Of a DNA stretch of 32,000 nucleotides, positions 1 through 9,578 are shown one piece after another. The notes beneath the pieces are model-generated. The model was not told the DNA's origin. It was given only the letters and a program-made list of their open reading frames with translations, and did no database searches. Each line of letters begins with the position of its first letter. The stretch's first letter is position 1. Source of the stretch: Candidatus Arthromitus sp. SFB-rat-Yit (GTDB lineage Bacteria; Bacillota; Clostridia; Clostridiales; Clostridiaceae); NCBI RefSeq assembly GCF_000283555.1, contig NC_016012.1, positions 1,385,080 to 1,417,079 on the forward strand, in the 5' to 3' direction. The translations under genes were made by a program, and so were the position numbers.

Positions 1-203
1 TTCTTGGCATCTTCTATTCCTTTTCTTATAGCATCAGGAACTTCTGCAGATTTACCTGTTCCAATACCTATATATCCTTTTCCATCTCCTACAACTACCA
101 GAGCACTAAATCTAAAATTTCTACCACCTTTAACAACCTTAGTAACTCTATTTATAAAAATTACTTTTTCTTTTAATTCTGAGCCATTATTCTTAATTTT
201 CAT
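1..203 (-). CDS. rpsE: 30S ribosomal protein S5 (uS5), N-terminal part; 3' end lies beyond the window edge
   Basis: Own reverse-strand translation from the ATG at 203..201 gives [67 protein letters not shown], a typical S5 N-terminus. AGGAGG lies upstream. It follows rplR as in spc operons. Absent from the ORF track because it is truncated. Confidence 0.9.
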   Translation of the reverse strand, partial: MKIKNNGSELKEKVIFINRVTKVVKGGRNFRFSALVVVGDGKGYIGIGTGKSAEVPDAIRKGIEDAK

Positions 204-224
204 TATTAATACTAACCTCCTTCA

Positions 225-581
225 TTAAAATTGTAATCCTGCCTCTCTTGCTCCATCAGCTAACTCAGAAATTCTCCCATGATATAAATAACCATTCCTA
301 TCAAAAACAACATTAGTTATAGACTTATCTAAGGCTTTTTTAGCTATATTTCTACCAACAATCCTTGCTGCTTCCTTATTGCTGCCAACTCCATTAAAAT
401 CTTTATCTAGTGTAGATGCCGAAACTATTGTATTCCCATTAATATCGTCAATTAATTGTGCATATATATTTTTCGAACTTCTAAAAACACATAATCTTGG
501 AAGGCTAGGTGTTCCAGATAATTTCTTTCTTATCTTAATGTGTCTCCTTTTCCTTTTAACATTTTTATTATATTTATCCAT
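225..581 (-). CDS. rplR: 50S ribosomal protein L18 (uL18)
   Basis: The 118-aa ORF has an L18-type basic N-terminus ([15 protein letters not shown]...[18 protein letters not shown]) and an ATG start. Operon position is between rplF and rpsE. Confidence 0.95.
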   Translation of the reverse strand: MDKYNKNVKRKRRHIKIRKKLSGTPSLPRLCVFRSSKNIYAQLIDDINGNTIVSASTLDKDFNGVGSNKEAARIVGRNIAKKALDKSITNVVFDRNGYLYHGRISELADGAREAGLQF

Positions 582-611
582 TTACATATCTCCTTTCTTC
601 AATATTCATTC

Positions 612-1154
612 CTATTTCTTACCTGTTTTTCCTTCTTTTCTCCTTATCACTTCATCAGAATACTTGATTCCTTTTCCTTTATAAGGCTCAGGTTTTCTCC
701 ATTGTCTTATTTTGGCTGCTGTTTCCCCCACTAATTGCTTATCGATACCTGAAACAATTATTTGTGTTTGATTTGGAACTTCAAAAGCAATTCCCTCTAC
801 ACTATTTATTTCTACAGGATGAGAATATCCTAAGTTTAATATAATATTTTTACCTTTAAGTTGTGCCCTATATCCAACTCCATTAAGTTCTAAAATTTTA
901 CTATATCCTTCGGATACACCTTTAACCATATTAAAGATTAAAGCTCTAGTTAAACCATGTAATTGTTTTTGTTTCTTTGTCTCATTTTTTCTTTCTACAA
1001 ATATCTGATTTTCTTCTTGTTTTATAATTATATCACTAGACATTTGTTTTTCTAATTTACCTTTTTTACCCTGTATTATTACAAAATTCTTTGAATCTAT
1101 ATTAATCGAAGTCCCCTCAGGTAAAGTTATAGGTAATCTACCTACTCTAGACAT
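612..1154 (-). CDS. rplF: 50S ribosomal protein L6 (uL6)
   Basis: The protein from the internal Met, MSRVGRLPITLPEG..., is the canonical L6 N-terminus (180 aa). The ATG at 1154..1152 is preceded by GGAGGTG. The ORF-track start at 1205 would overlap rpsH and is rejected. Confidence 0.93.
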   Translation of the reverse strand: MSRVGRLPITLPEGTSINIDSKNFVIIQGKKGKLEKQMSSDIIIKQEENQIFVERKNETKKQKQLHGLTRALIFNMVKGVSEGYSKILELNGVGYRAQLKGKNIILNLGYSHPVEINSVEGIAFEVPNQTQIIVSGIDKQLVGETAAKIRQWRKPEPYKGKGIKYSDEVIRRKEGKTGKK

Positions 1155-1176
1155 TTGCACACCTCCTATTATAATC

Positions 1177-1575
1177 TTACCAAATATAGCAAATAACTTC
1201 TCCACCTAGTCCTTGTTTTCTAGCTTCACGATCAACCATCATACCCTTAGAAGTTGAAATTATAGCAACACCTAATCCACTTAATACTCTTGGTATATTG
1301 TCTTTTTTACAATAAACCCTCAATCCAGGTTTAGAAATCTTTTTTAAACCTACTATTACTTTTTCTTTATTTCTACCATATTTTAGTGAAATTTTACACA
1401 TCGGAACTATACCATCATTATAATCTTCATATGATTTAATATATCCTTCATTCAATAAAATCTTTAATATTTCTTTCTTAATTTTAGACATTGGAACTTC
1501 TAAAGTTTCATGTCTTGCCATATTAGCATTCCTTATTCTAGTCAATAAATCTGCAATTGGATCTGTCATTACCAT
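1177..1575 (-). CDS. rpsH: 30S ribosomal protein S8 (uS8)
   Basis: [20 protein letters not shown]... is the canonical S8 N-terminus. 132 aa, ATG start. Confidence 0.96.
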   Translation of the reverse strand: MVMTDPIADLLTRIRNANMARHETLEVPMSKIKKEILKILLNEGYIKSYEDYNDGIVPMCKISLKYGRNKEKVIVGLKKISKPGLRVYCKKDNIPRVLSGLGVAIISTSKGMMVDREARKQGLGGEVICYIW

Positions 1576-1600
1576 TTACATCTATACCTCCCTTCTAATA

Positions 1601-1786
1601 TTACCAGCTTGATTTAGTGCATCCAGGAATTTGTCCTTTATAAGCCAATTCTCTAAAACAAATTCTACAAATCCCAAATTTTCTTAATACTGCATGTGGT
1701 CTTCCACACAAATTACATCTAGTATAAACTCTCGCTTTATATTTAGATGGTCTTTTCCATTTTTCAATAATAGCTTTACGTGCCAC
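1601..1786 (-). CDS. rpsN: 30S ribosomal protein S14, short zinc-binding type Z (uS14)
   Basis: 61 aa, with CNLC...CRIC (two CxxC pairs) and a C-terminal ...KSSW. The start codon is GTG (cac at 1784..1786) with AAGGAGGT upstream. Confidence 0.95.
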   Translation of the reverse strand: MARKAIIEKWKRPSKYKARVYTRCNLCGRPHAVLRKFGICRICFRELAYKGQIPGCTKSSW

Positions 1787-1805
1787 AATCTTACCTCCTT
1801 ATAAA

Positions 1806-2345
1806 TCAACTCATAAATGGCATTCCCAAATATCTTAACAGTTCTCTAGCTTCTTCATCAGTTTTCGCTGTTGTAACAAATACTACTTCAAGTCCTCTAA
1901 TCTTATCTATTTTATCATACTCAATTTCTGGGAATATCAAATGTTCTTTTAACCCTAAAGTGTAATTTCCTCTACCATCAAAACTCTTTTCAGATATACC
2001 TCTGAAATCTCTAACCCTTGGTAAAGCTACGTTAAATAATTTATCTATAAAATCATACATTCTATTTCTTCTTAAAGTAACCTTGCATCCAATAGGCATA
2101 TTCTCTCTAAGTTTAAAGTTTGATATGGATTTCTTAGCTTTACATATAACTGGTTTTTGTCCAGAAATCAATCTCATATCATTAACAACTGCTTCTAATA
2201 TTTTTGAGTTATCTTTAGCTTCCCCAACCCCAATATTAAGAACAACTTTTTCTATTTTAGGAACCTGCATTAAATTAGTATATTTAAATCGTTCTATTAG
2301 TTTTTTAGTAACTTCATTAATATATTTTTCTTTAAGCCTTGACAA
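1806..2345 (-). CDS. rplE: 50S ribosomal protein L5 (uL5)
   Basis: The L5 sequence begins at (M)[11 protein letters not shown]. The best start is the TTG at 2345..2343, 9 nt after AGAGGGGGG, giving 179 aa and no overlap with rplX. The ORF-track GTG at 2369 overlaps the rplX stop and adds a non-conserved extension. Confidence 0.9.
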   Translation of the reverse strand: MSRLKEKYINEVTKKLIERFKYTNLMQVPKIEKVVLNIGVGEAKDNSKILEAVVNDMRLISGQKPVICKAKKSISNFKLRENMPIGCKVTLRRNRMYDFIDKLFNVALPRVRDFRGISEKSFDGRGNYTLGLKEHLIFPEIEYDKIDKIRGLEVVFVTTAKTDEEARELLRYLGMPFMS

Positions 2346-2365
2346 AATCACAAACCCCCCTCTAA

Positions 2366-2674
2366 TCACATTGTTCGTTCACAATGCCTGCAAATTCTTA
2401 CTTTTGTACCATCATCTGCAAATTTATATTTTATTCTTGTAGATTTTTTACAGCTAGTGCAATATAACATAACTTTAGATGCATTTATAGGAGCTTCAAC
2501 TCTTATTATTCCCCCCTGCATATTTTGTTTATTAGGTTTTACATGCTTAGTTACTATATTTATTCCACCTACAATAACCGTGTTCTTATCAGGATTTACT
2601 TTAAGAACCTCACCTATCTTGTCTTTATCTTTTCCTGAAACAATATAAACTGTATCATTTTTTCTAACATGCAT
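2366..2674 (-). CDS. rplX: 50S ribosomal protein L24 (uL24), with a C-terminal CxxC...CxxC motif
   Basis: [26 protein letters not shown]... shows a KOW-type L24 N-terminus. 102 aa. Cys72/75/95/98 lie in the C-terminal hairpin region. Confidence 0.95.
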   Translation of the reverse strand: MHVRKNDTVYIVSGKDKDKIGEVLKVNPDKNTVIVGGINIVTKHVKPNKQNMQGGIIRVEAPINASKVMLYCTSCKKSTRIKYKFADDGTKVRICRHCERTM

Positions 2675-2690
2675 TTTATCACCTCTAATT

Positions 2691-3059
2691 CTATAAAACT
2701 TCAGGAGCTAACGAAAGTATTTTCATACAATCTTTATCTCTTAATTCCCTAGCAACAGGTCCAAAAATTCTAGTTCCTCTTGGTTGACCATCATCTTTCA
2801 AAATCACAACAGCATTATCATCAAATCTAACATAAGAACCATCTGAGCGCAAAACCCCTTTAACAGTTCTAACTATTATAGCCTTAACAACATCACCTTT
2901 TTTTACAACACCGCCTGGTGATGCATTTTTTACGCTCGCTACGATAACATCTCCTATATTGCCGCTTTTTCTACGTGATCCACCTAAAACCCTTATGCAC
3001 ATTACTTCTTTAGCTCCTGTATTATCAGCAACTTTTAACCTACTTAATTCTTGTATCAT
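2691..3059 (-). CDS. rplN: 50S ribosomal protein L14 (uL14)
   Basis: [28 protein letters not shown]... is canonical L14. 122 aa. Confidence 0.97.
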   Translation of the reverse strand: MIQELSRLKVADNTGAKEVMCIRVLGGSRRKSGNIGDVIVASVKNASPGGVVKKGDVVKAIIVRTVKGVLRSDGSYVRFDDNAVVILKDDGQPRGTRIFGPVARELRDKDCMKILSLAPEVL

Positions 3060-3079
3060 TTCCTAATCCTCTCCCTTAA

Positions 3080-3334
3080 TTATTTAGCTCTTTCCAATAT
3101 TTCTACTAACCTCCATCTCTTATCTTTTGATAAGGGTCTTGTTTCCATAATTAATACCTTGTCATTAATTTTTGCTTCATTATTTTCATCATGTGCCTTA
3201 AATTTATTAGTAATTTTAAGAACTTTACCATATAATGGATGTTTCTTTTTGCCTTCTACCGCAACAACTATGGTTTTCTGCATCTTATCAGATACAACTA
3301 CACCTACTTTAACCTTTCTTGAATTTCTTTCCAC
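3080..3334 (-). CDS. rpsQ: 30S ribosomal protein S17 (uS17)
   Basis: 84 aa, ...[21 protein letters not shown]...HPLYGK. GTG start (cac at 3332..3334), 7 nt after AAGGAGGG. Confidence 0.95.
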   Translation of the reverse strand: MERNSRKVKVGVVVSDKMQKTIVVAVEGKKKHPLYGKVLKITNKFKAHDENNEAKINDKVLIMETRPLSKDKRWRLVEILERAK

Positions 3335-3356
3335 TTACTTACCCTCCTTTACAAAA

Positions 3357-3566
3357 TTATTTTAATTTCATTATCTCATGCTCTTTTATAGCTGTTTTAA
3401 TTTGAGCAATTGATTTTTTAACCTCTCTAATTCTCATAGGGTTAGCTAATTGGCCAACAGCTAATTGAAAACGCAAATTAAAAAGTTCTGATTTAAATTC
3501 AATTAACTTAGCATTCATTTCACTAATATCTAATAATCTCAATTCTTTAAGTTCACTTATCTTCAT
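3357..3566 (-). CDS. rpmC: 50S ribosomal protein L29 (uL29)
   Basis: 69 aa, ...[31 protein letters not shown]. Position is between rplP and rpsQ. Confidence 0.95.
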   Translation of the reverse strand: MKISELKELRLLDISEMNAKLIEFKSELFNLRFQLAVGQLANPMRIREVKKSIAQIKTAIKEHEIMKLK

Positions 3567-3571
3567 TTTCC

Positions 3572-4003
3572 CTATTCACCACCAACTCTTTCAAAATCTT
3601 TCCTAGTTAAAAACTTAGTTTTTACAGGCAACTTATGTGATGCTAATCTCATAGCTTCTTTTGCTAACTCTTCTGAAACACCTGATAATTCAAACAAAAT
3701 TCTTCCTGGTTTAACAACAGCAACAAAATATTCTGGCGCACCTTTACCAGATCCCATACGAACCTCAGCTGGTTTTTTAGTAACTGATTTATGTGGAAAT
3801 ATCTTTATATGTAATTTCCCACCTCTTTTTATATATCTGTTTATTGCAACCCTTGCAGACTCAATTTGATTAGCAGTTATCCAAGAAGTACTTGTAGCAA
3901 CTAAAGCATAATCTCCATAAACTATCATAGTTCCTGCTTTTGATACGCCTCTCATTCTACCCTTTTGTACTCTACGGTATTTAACTCTTTTAGGCATTAA
4001 CAT
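3572..4003 (-). CDS. rplP: 50S ribosomal protein L16 (uL16)
   Basis: [19 protein letters not shown]... is the canonical L16 N-terminus, from the ATG at 4003..4001, about 10 nt after AAGGAGG. The ORF-track start (TTG at 4009) is only 4 nt from the SD. Confidence 0.92.
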   Translation of the reverse strand: MLMPKRVKYRRVQKGRMRGVSKAGTMIVYGDYALVATSTSWITANQIESARVAINRYIKRGGKLHIKIFPHKSVTKKPAEVRMGSGKGAPEYFVAVVKPGRILFELSGVSEELAKEAMRLASHKLPVKTKFLTRKDFERVGGE

Positions 4004-4021
4004 ATGCAACTTTCCTCCTTT

Positions 4022-4687
4022 CTATTTTTTTTGATCGTTATTCAAAGTTTTTTTAGTTAGAATTTCCCCTTTATATATCCAAACCTTAACACCAAGTTTA
4101 CCGTAAGTAGTATTTGCCTCAGCAAATCCATAATCTATATCGGCTCTTAAAGTTTGTAAAGGTATTGTTCCTTCATGATAATGCTCAGTTCTAGCAATAT
4201 CAGCTCCACCTAATCTTCCAGAAACAGCTGTTTTTATTCCTAAAACTTTCATTTTCATAGTTCTCTGCATCGCTTGTTTCATAGCTCTCCTAAATGATAC
4301 CCTTCTCTCTAATTGTAAAGCTATATTCTCAGCAACTAACTGTGCATCTGTATCATATGTTTTAACTTCAACTATATTTATTATAATAGAATTATTGCTC
4401 ATATTTATTTTTTGAATTTCTGCCTTAACAATCTCAATTCCAGTTCCACCTTTCCCTATAATAACTCCAGGTTTCGCTGTATATATATTTATTTTTATTT
4501 TTTTTACACTTCTCTCAACTTCTATCCTAGATATCCCAGCAGAATAATATTTCTTCTTAATTACTTTTCTTATTTGAAAATCTTCAAATAAGAATTTAGA
4601 AAAATCTTTTTTATCCGCATACCATTTGGAAGACCAATCTTTAATTACTCCCACTCTTAAACCATGCGGATTAACCTTTTGACCCAT
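4022..4687 (-). CDS. rpsC: 30S ribosomal protein S3 (uS3)
   Basis: [24 protein letters not shown]... is canonical S3. 221 aa. Confidence 0.97.
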   Translation of the reverse strand: MGQKVNPHGLRVGVIKDWSSKWYADKKDFSKFLFEDFQIRKVIKKKYYSAGISRIEVERSVKKIKINIYTAKPGVIIGKGGTGIEIVKAEIQKINMSNNSIIINIVEVKTYDTDAQLVAENIALQLERRVSFRRAMKQAMQRTMKMKVLGIKTAVSGRLGGADIARTEHYHEGTIPLQTLRADIDYGFAEANTTYGKLGVKVWIYKGEILTKKTLNNDQKK

Positions 4688-4714
4688 TCTACTATTTACC
4701 TCCTTTTTTATTTT

Positions 4715-5041
4715 TTATCCAACTATTATAGTAATATGACTAGTTCTTTTATTAATTCTAAAAGCTCTACCTTGAGCCCTTGGTTGAAACCTTTTTAATA
4801 TAGGGGCATTAGTAGCATAAGCACTTTTAACAATTAATGAATTTTGATCCATGCCATTATTATTTTCTGCATTTGAAACCGCTGACTTTAAAACCTTTTC
4901 TACAATAGACGATGCCCTTCTATTTGTACATGACAATATCGAAAGTGCTTCTTTAATAGATTTTCCTCTTATTAACTTCAGTACAACATTTACTTTCATA
5001 GGAGACATTCTTACATATTTAGCTATAGCCTTCGCAACCAT
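4715..5041 (-). CDS. rplV: 50S ribosomal protein L22 (uL22)
   Basis: 108 aa, ...[29 protein letters not shown]. Operon position supports the call. Confidence 0.95.
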   Translation of the reverse strand: MVAKAIAKYVRMSPMKVNVVLKLIRGKSIKEALSILSCTNRRASSIVEKVLKSAVSNAENNNGMDQNSLIVKSAYATNAPILKRFQPRAQGRAFRINKRTSHITIIVG

Positions 5042-5062
5042 AACAACAACTCCTTTCTATTA

Positions 5063-5341
5063 TTATCTAATTCTTGATGTTTTCTGGTCAACATGCCCTT
5101 TATAAGTTCTCGTCAATGCGAATTCACCTAATTTATGTCCAACCATATCCTCAGTAACATAAACTGGTACATGTTTTCTTCCATCATGAACAGCAATTGT
5201 ATGGCCTATCATTTCTGGAAATATCGTAGAACTTCTAGACCATGTCTTTATTACTTTTTTTTCACTGTTTTTATTCATAATAATAATTCTATCTAAAAGA
5301 ACTTTCTGAACAAAAGGACCCTTTTTAGCAGATCTTCCCAA
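5063..5341 (-). CDS. rpsS: 30S ribosomal protein S19 (uS19)
   Basis: (M)[10 protein letters not shown]...[16 protein letters not shown]. 92 aa. TTG start (caa at 5339..5341), 8 nt after GGAGGT. Confidence 0.95.
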   Translation of the reverse strand: MGRSAKKGPFVQKVLLDRIIIMNKNSEKKVIKTWSRSSTIFPEMIGHTIAVHDGRKHVPVYVTEDMVGHKLGEFALTRTYKGHVDQKTSRIR

Positions 5342-5365
5342 TATTTAAACCTCCTATCATATCAC

Positions 5366-6193
5366 TTATTTTCTTTTTCTTACTATTAAGCTATCAGAAT
5401 ATTTCTTATTTTTTCTAGTTTTATATCCAAGCGTAGGCATTCCCCAAGGTGATACAGGCGATGGTCTTCCAATAGGACTTCTTCCCTCTCCTCCCCCATG
5501 TGGATGGTCGCAAGGATTCATAACAGATCCTCTAACTGTAGGTCTTATACCTTTGTGTCTATTTCTTCCTGCCTTACCAATGCTTATTATTGAATGAGAT
5601 TCATTAGACAAAATACCTATAGTAGCTCTACATTCTATTCTTACATATCTCATCTCACCACTTGGCAATCTAAGTGTTGCATAATTCCCTTCTTTTGCCA
5701 TTAATTGAGCAGATAATCCTGCTGATCTAACTATCTGACCGCCTTTCCCTTTTTTAAGCTCAATATTATGAATCATTGTACCAACTGGTATACTGCTTAA
5801 TGGTAAACAATTCCCTGGTTTAATATCTGCATCTAACCCAGAAAATACTCTGTCTCCAACCTTTAATCCATTTGGAGTTAATATATATCTTTTTTCACCA
5901 TCTAAATAAGTTATTAAAGATATAAATGTTGACCTATTTGGATCATATTCAATAGTTTTAACTACTCCAGCTATATTGTCTTTATTTCTTTTAAAGTCAA
6001 TCATTCTGTACTTTCTTTTGTTTCCACCACCTTTATGTCTAACTGTTATCTTACCTTGAGCATTTCTTCCACCACTTTTTTTCAATCCATAAACTAATGA
6101 TTTTTCTGGTTTACTAGTAGTTATTTCTTCGTAAGAATTTATAGTCATATTTCTACGAGAAGCTGTTGTTGGATTTAACTTCTTTACTCCCAA
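5366..6193 (-). CDS. rplB: 50S ribosomal protein L2 (uL2)
   Basis: 275 aa, ...[22 protein letters not shown] start (caa at 6191..6193), 7 nt after AAGGAGGT. Confidence 0.96.
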   Translation of the reverse strand: MGVKKLNPTTASRRNMTINSYEEITTSKPEKSLVYGLKKSGGRNAQGKITVRHKGGGNKRKYRMIDFKRNKDNIAGVVKTIEYDPNRSTFISLITYLDGEKRYILTPNGLKVGDRVFSGLDADIKPGNCLPLSSIPVGTMIHNIELKKGKGGQIVRSAGLSAQLMAKEGNYATLRLPSGEMRYVRIECRATIGILSNESHSIISIGKAGRNRHKGIRPTVRGSVMNPCDHPHGGGEGRSPIGRPSPVSPWGMPTLGYKTRKNKKYSDSLIVRKRK

Positions 6194-6216
6194 AATTCAT
6201 ACCTCCTTATAACAAA

Positions 6217-6522
6217 TTACTCCATAGAATTCATTGAATTAAAAAACTCTATTCCAGCGCTATCTGATGTAAGCTGAACTATAGCTTTTTTAAAATCAGA
6301 TCTCTTACCTAAATTAAATCTTACTCTCTTCTTTTTTCCACAATAATTCATTGTAAAAACTCTACTTACTTTAACACCAAATACATTTTCTACTGCATTC
6401 CTTATTTGTATCTTATTAGCCTTTTTATGTACCACAAATGTATACTTTCCTTCAGACATAATAGACATACTTTTTTCTGTTATCACAGGTCTTATAATTA
6501 TATCATAATCTGTTAATTTCAA
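6217..6522 (-). CDS. rplW: 50S ribosomal protein L23 (uL23)
   Basis: 101 aa, ...[12 protein letters not shown]. The TTG start overlaps the rplD TGA stop as TTGA (6522..6519). GAGGAGGTG lies 8 nt upstream. Confidence 0.93.
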   Translation of the reverse strand: MKLTDYDIIIRPVITEKSMSIMSEGKYTFVVHKKANKIQIRNAVENVFGVKVSRVFTMNYCGKKKRVRFNLGKRSDFKKAIVQLTSDSAGIEFFNSMNSME

Positions 6523-7145
6523 TTCGAATACACCTCCTCAAGTTTTTTAAGTGCTCCTTGAGTTATAACAAGCTTATCATACTTTAACAAATCATAAACA
6601 TTTATATTATTTACAGGAAGTACTTTTACGCTTTGTAAATTAGTGCCCGATCTATAAACATTTTTATCAGAAGTTTCAGTAACCAATAACATATTACTGT
6701 CTATCTTTAAATTATTCATGATCTTAACCATTTCTTTAGTCTTAGGAAAATCAAATGATATTTCATTTAGAACTAATAAATTTTTTTCTTTAAGCTTACT
6801 AGTTAATACAGAAGTAATAGCTGCTCTCCTTAAAGTTTTTGAAATACTCATTCTATAATCCCTTGGTTTAGGTGCAAAAACAACACCACCATGAATCCAT
6901 TGAGGTGCTCTTATAGATCCCTGTCTAGCTCTACCTGTACCTTTTTGTCTCCAAGGCTTTTTACCCCCACCAGAAACCTCAGATCTTGTTTTTGCCGAAT
7001 GAGTTCCTTGCCTTTTATTTGCCAACTGAGCAACAACAACTTGATGTACAGCATATTTTTTTATTTCCACATCAAACACTTCTTTTAGAAGTTCTAATTC
7101 TCCAACTTTTTCTCCACAAATATTATATACCTCTACTTTAGACAT
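6519..7145 (-). CDS. rplD: 50S ribosomal protein L4 (uL4)
   Basis: 208 aa, ...[25 protein letters not shown] is the L4 signature. ATG start. Confidence 0.96.
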   Translation of the reverse strand: MSKVEVYNICGEKVGELELLKEVFDVEIKKYAVHQVVVAQLANKRQGTHSAKTRSEVSGGGKKPWRQKGTGRARQGSIRAPQWIHGGVVFAPKPRDYRMSISKTLRRAAITSVLTSKLKEKNLLVLNEISFDFPKTKEMVKIMNNLKIDSNMLLVTETSDKNVYRSGTNLQSVKVLPVNNINVYDLLKYDKLVITQGALKKLEEVYSN

Positions 7146-7171
7146 CTAATCTCCTCCTTTCATAAAATAAA

Positions 7172-7801
7172 CTATGCTTTTATACAATCCCTGATTTGCA
7201 CAATTGATCTATTAGGTCCAGGTATACAACCTTTAATTAATATAATATTTTTTTCCTTAATCACTTGTGCAATTTCAAGATTTTGGATTGTACATTTTTT
7301 ACCACCCATTCTACCTGGCATCTTCTTATTTTTAAATGTTCTTGAAGGATCAGATGACGCACCCATAGAACCCACCGATCTATGAAACTTAGAACCATGT
7401 GACATTGGTCCTCTATGTCCATTCCACCTCTTTATAGTACCTTGAAAACCTTTTCCTTTAGATTTTCCTATAACATCAACTTTTTCTCCAACTGAAAACA
7501 AGTCAACACTGAGTTCATTTCCAATTTCATAAGAAGAACAATCCTCTAATCTAAGTTCTTTTAAATATCTTTTTATTTCAATTCCTGCTTTTTTAAAGTG
7601 TCCTTTTATAGGATTATTAACAAGTTTATCTCTTGTAGTTCCATATCCAACCTGTATGGCATCATATCCCTCTTTTTCTTTTGTCTTAATCTGAACCACA
7701 ATATTAGGCTCAACCAAAACAACAGTAACCGGAATCATATTACCATCTTCTATAAAAATTTGCGTCATTCCAATTTTTTGTCCAAAAATCGCCTTTTTCA
7801 T
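7172..7801 (-). CDS. rplC: 50S ribosomal protein L3 (uL3)
   Basis: 209 aa, [16 protein letters not shown]...[12 protein letters not shown] is the L3 signature. Confidence 0.96.
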   Translation of the reverse strand: MKKAIFGQKIGMTQIFIEDGNMIPVTVVLVEPNIVVQIKTKEKEGYDAIQVGYGTTRDKLVNNPIKGHFKKAGIEIKRYLKELRLEDCSSYEIGNELSVDLFSVGEKVDVIGKSKGKGFQGTIKRWNGHRGPMSHGSKFHRSVGSMGASSDPSRTFKNKKMPGRMGGKKCTIQNLEIAQVIKEKNIILIKGCIPGPNRSIVQIRDCIKA

Positions 7802-7861
7802 ATAAATATTCCTCCTTTATGAGCGGATTAAAAAATTAATCAATCATAAAAAAATCAATTA

Positions 7862-8173
7862 TTATAACTTTAATTCTAAATCAACACCCGTCGGTACGTC
7901 TAATCTCATCAAAATATCAATAGTTTTAGGTGTAAGATCAACTATATCAAGTAATCTTTTATGTGTTCTTATTTCAAACTGTTCCCTTGAGTCTTTATAC
8001 TTATGTGGAGATCTCAATATAGTAACCTTTTCTATTTTTGTTGGTAATGGTATTGGTCCACATACCTTAGCTCCAGTACTATTTGCTACCTCAATTATTT
8101 TAAGAACAGTATTGTCAAGCATAACATGATCAAATGCTTTTAATTTTATTCTAATTTTCTGTTTTAAACTCAT
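7862..8173 (-). CDS. rpsJ: 30S ribosomal protein S10 (uS10)
   Basis: [20 protein letters not shown]... (103 aa) from the ATG at 8173..8171, 6 nt after AAAGGAGGG. The ORF-track start at 8206 adds 11 non-conserved residues. Confidence 0.94.
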   Translation of the reverse strand: MSLKQKIRIKLKAFDHVMLDNTVLKIIEVANSTGAKVCGPIPLPTKIEKVTILRSPHKYKDSREQFEIRTHKRLLDIVDLTPKTIDILMRLDVPTGVDLELKL

Positions 8174-8271
8174 TTTTTCCCTCCTTTTATTTCCTTTTAT
8201 ATACATTTTAAAAATAATACTATGTGATTATATTCCTGCAATTGTCTACATAATATATGTATAACTACTTA

Positions 8272-8300
8272 ATTATACTATAAATAATATAACAACTCAA
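8272..8300 (-). promoter_or_regulatory. Candidate sigma-A promoter of the S10/spc operon (TTGAGT - 17 nt - TATAAT)
   Basis: The reverse strand reads TTGAGT (8300..8295), a 17-nt spacer, then TATAAT (8277..8272). It lies about 100 nt upstream of rpsJ and just downstream of the tuf hairpin. Sequence motif only. Confidence 0.4.
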
Positions 8301-8327
8301 TAGTTTATTTATTTAAGCAAAAGTACA

Positions 8328-8354
8328 TAGGGACTAATTAAATATCAGTCCCTA
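8328..8354 (-). terminator. Hairpin downstream of tuf copy 1 (possible partial intrinsic terminator)
   Basis: An 8-bp stem pairs tagggact (8328..8335) with agtcccta (8347..8354) around an 11-nt loop. On the transcript it is followed by UGUACUUUUGCUU, a weak U-tract. Confidence 0.4.
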
Positions 8355-9578
8355 CACACAAAACTATTTATTTATTTTAGAAACAACTCCAGATCCTACC
8401 GTTCTTCCACCTTCTCTTATAGCAAATCTTAATCCTTCATCCATTGCTATAGGAGTTATTAACTCAACTTCCATATCTATGTGGTCACCTGGCATTACCA
8501 TCTCTTTTCCTTCTGGTAATTTTATATTCCCTGTAACATCTGTTGTTCTAAAATAAAATTGAGGTCTATATCCATCAAAGAAAGGCTTATGTCTCCCACC
8601 TTCTTCTTTCTTAAGAACATACACCTGCCCTATGAAATTAGTATGTGGGTTCACTGTTCCAGGTTTCGCTAATACCTGACCTCTTTCTATATCAGATCTC
8701 TGAATACCCCTTAATAAGGCTCCTATATTATCTCCTGCCTGTGCTTCATCTAATAATTTCCTAAACATTTCTATACCAGTAATTACTGTCTTGCTCTTCT
8801 CTTCTTTTAATCCAATTATTTCTACCTCTTCTTGTACTTTTAATATTCCTGTTTCTACTCTTCCTGTTGCTACTGTTCCTCTTCCTGTTATAGTAAATAC
8901 ATCCTCAACTGGCATCAAAAACGGCTTATCTGTAGCTCTCTCAGGTGTAGGAATATAACTGTCCACCGCATCCATTAATTCCATTATACAAGCCGTAGCT
9001 TCAGAGTCAGTAGGATTCTCCAAAGCTCTCAACGCTGATCCCTTTATAATCGGTGTGTCATCTCCTGGGAATTTATACTCGTTTAATAAATCTCTTACTT
9101 CCATCTCTACTAATTCTAATAACTCTTCGTCATCAACCATGTCTGCTTTATTCAAAAATACAACTATATAATCAACTCCTACCCTAGAAGCTAATAATAT
9201 GTGCTCTCTAGTTTGTGGCATAGGTCCATCAGCTGCAGATACAACCAATATAGCTCCATCCATTTGCGCTGCTCCTGTTATCATGTTCTTAACGTAATCA
9301 GCGTGTCCAGGACAGTCAACATGCGCATAATGTCTTCCATCTGTTTCATACTCAACGTGTGCTGTATTTATTGTTATTCCTCTCTCTTTTTCTTCAGGCG
9401 CTTTATCTATTTCATCATATTTAAACGCTTCTGCATACCCTTTATTTGCTAAAACTGTTGTAATAGCTGCTGTCAATGTAGTCTTCCCATGGTCAACATG
9501 TCCTATAGTACCTATATTAACATGTGGTTTATTCCTCTCAAATTTAGCTTTTGACATATCTATCAAATACCTCCTATT
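8352..9578 (-). repeat. Copy 1 of a 1,227-bp perfect direct repeat (tuf CDS plus 21 nt of 5' and 12 nt of 3' flank)
   Basis: I compared this line by line with 23590..24816 (offset 15,238) and found no mismatch. Identity breaks at 8351/23589 and at 9579/24817. Confidence 0.97.
8364..9557 (-). CDS. tuf: Elongation factor Tu, copy 1 (distal gene of the str operon)
   Basis: [28 protein letters not shown]...DCPGHADY...NKAD, 397 aa. The ATG at 9557..9555 is 11 nt after GGAGGT. The ORF-track TTG at 9566 is too close to the SD. Confidence 0.97.
   Translation of the reverse strand: MSKAKFERNKPHVNIGTIGHVDHGKTTLTAAITTVLANKGYAEAFKYDEIDKAPEEKERGITINTAHVEYETDGRHYAHVDCPGHADYVKNMITGAAQMDGAILVVSAADGPMPQTREHILLASRVGVDYIVVFLNKADMVDDEELLELVEMEVRDLLNEYKFPGDDTPIIKGSALRALENPTDSEATACIMELMDAVDSYIPTPERATDKPFLMPVEDVFTITGRGTVATGRVETGILKVQEEVEIIGLKEEKSKTVITGIEMFRKLLDEAQAGDNIGALLRGIQRSDIERGQVLAKPGTVNPHTNFIGQVYVLKKEEGGRHKPFFDGYRPQFYFRTTDVTGNIKLPEGKEMVMPGDHIDMEVELITPIAMDEGLRFAIREGGRTVGSGVVSKINK

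Noticed and set aside
4-228. 74-aa plus-strand ORF at the window start
   Set aside because: It lies exactly antisense to the clearly recognisable rpsE N-terminus (1..203, minus strand). It has no SD and a low-complexity Pro/Leu/Phe-rich product, so it is a shadow ORF.
1155-1205. 5' extensions of ORF-track entries (rplF 1155..1205, rpsJ 8174..8206, cysS 28709..28753, rpoB 20079..20087, tuf 9558..9566 and 24796..24804, rpsL 12671..12679, rplE 2346..2369)
   Set aside because: The extensions add non-conserved residues ahead of canonical family N-termini. They overlap upstream genes or the gene's own SD, and they start at TTG or GTG codons without a properly spaced SD.
9201-9452. Identical 83-aa plus-strand ORFs at 9201..9452 and 24439..24690; the duplication could look like conservation
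   Set aside because: The identity is a trivial consequence of lying inside the perfect tuf repeat. Both are antisense to EF-Tu.
8352-9578. Whether the 1.2-kb perfect repeat is a mobile element or IS
   Set aside because: The repeat boundaries coincide with the tuf transcription/translation unit. There are no terminal inverted repeats, target-site duplications or transposase. Gene conversion between paralogues explains it.
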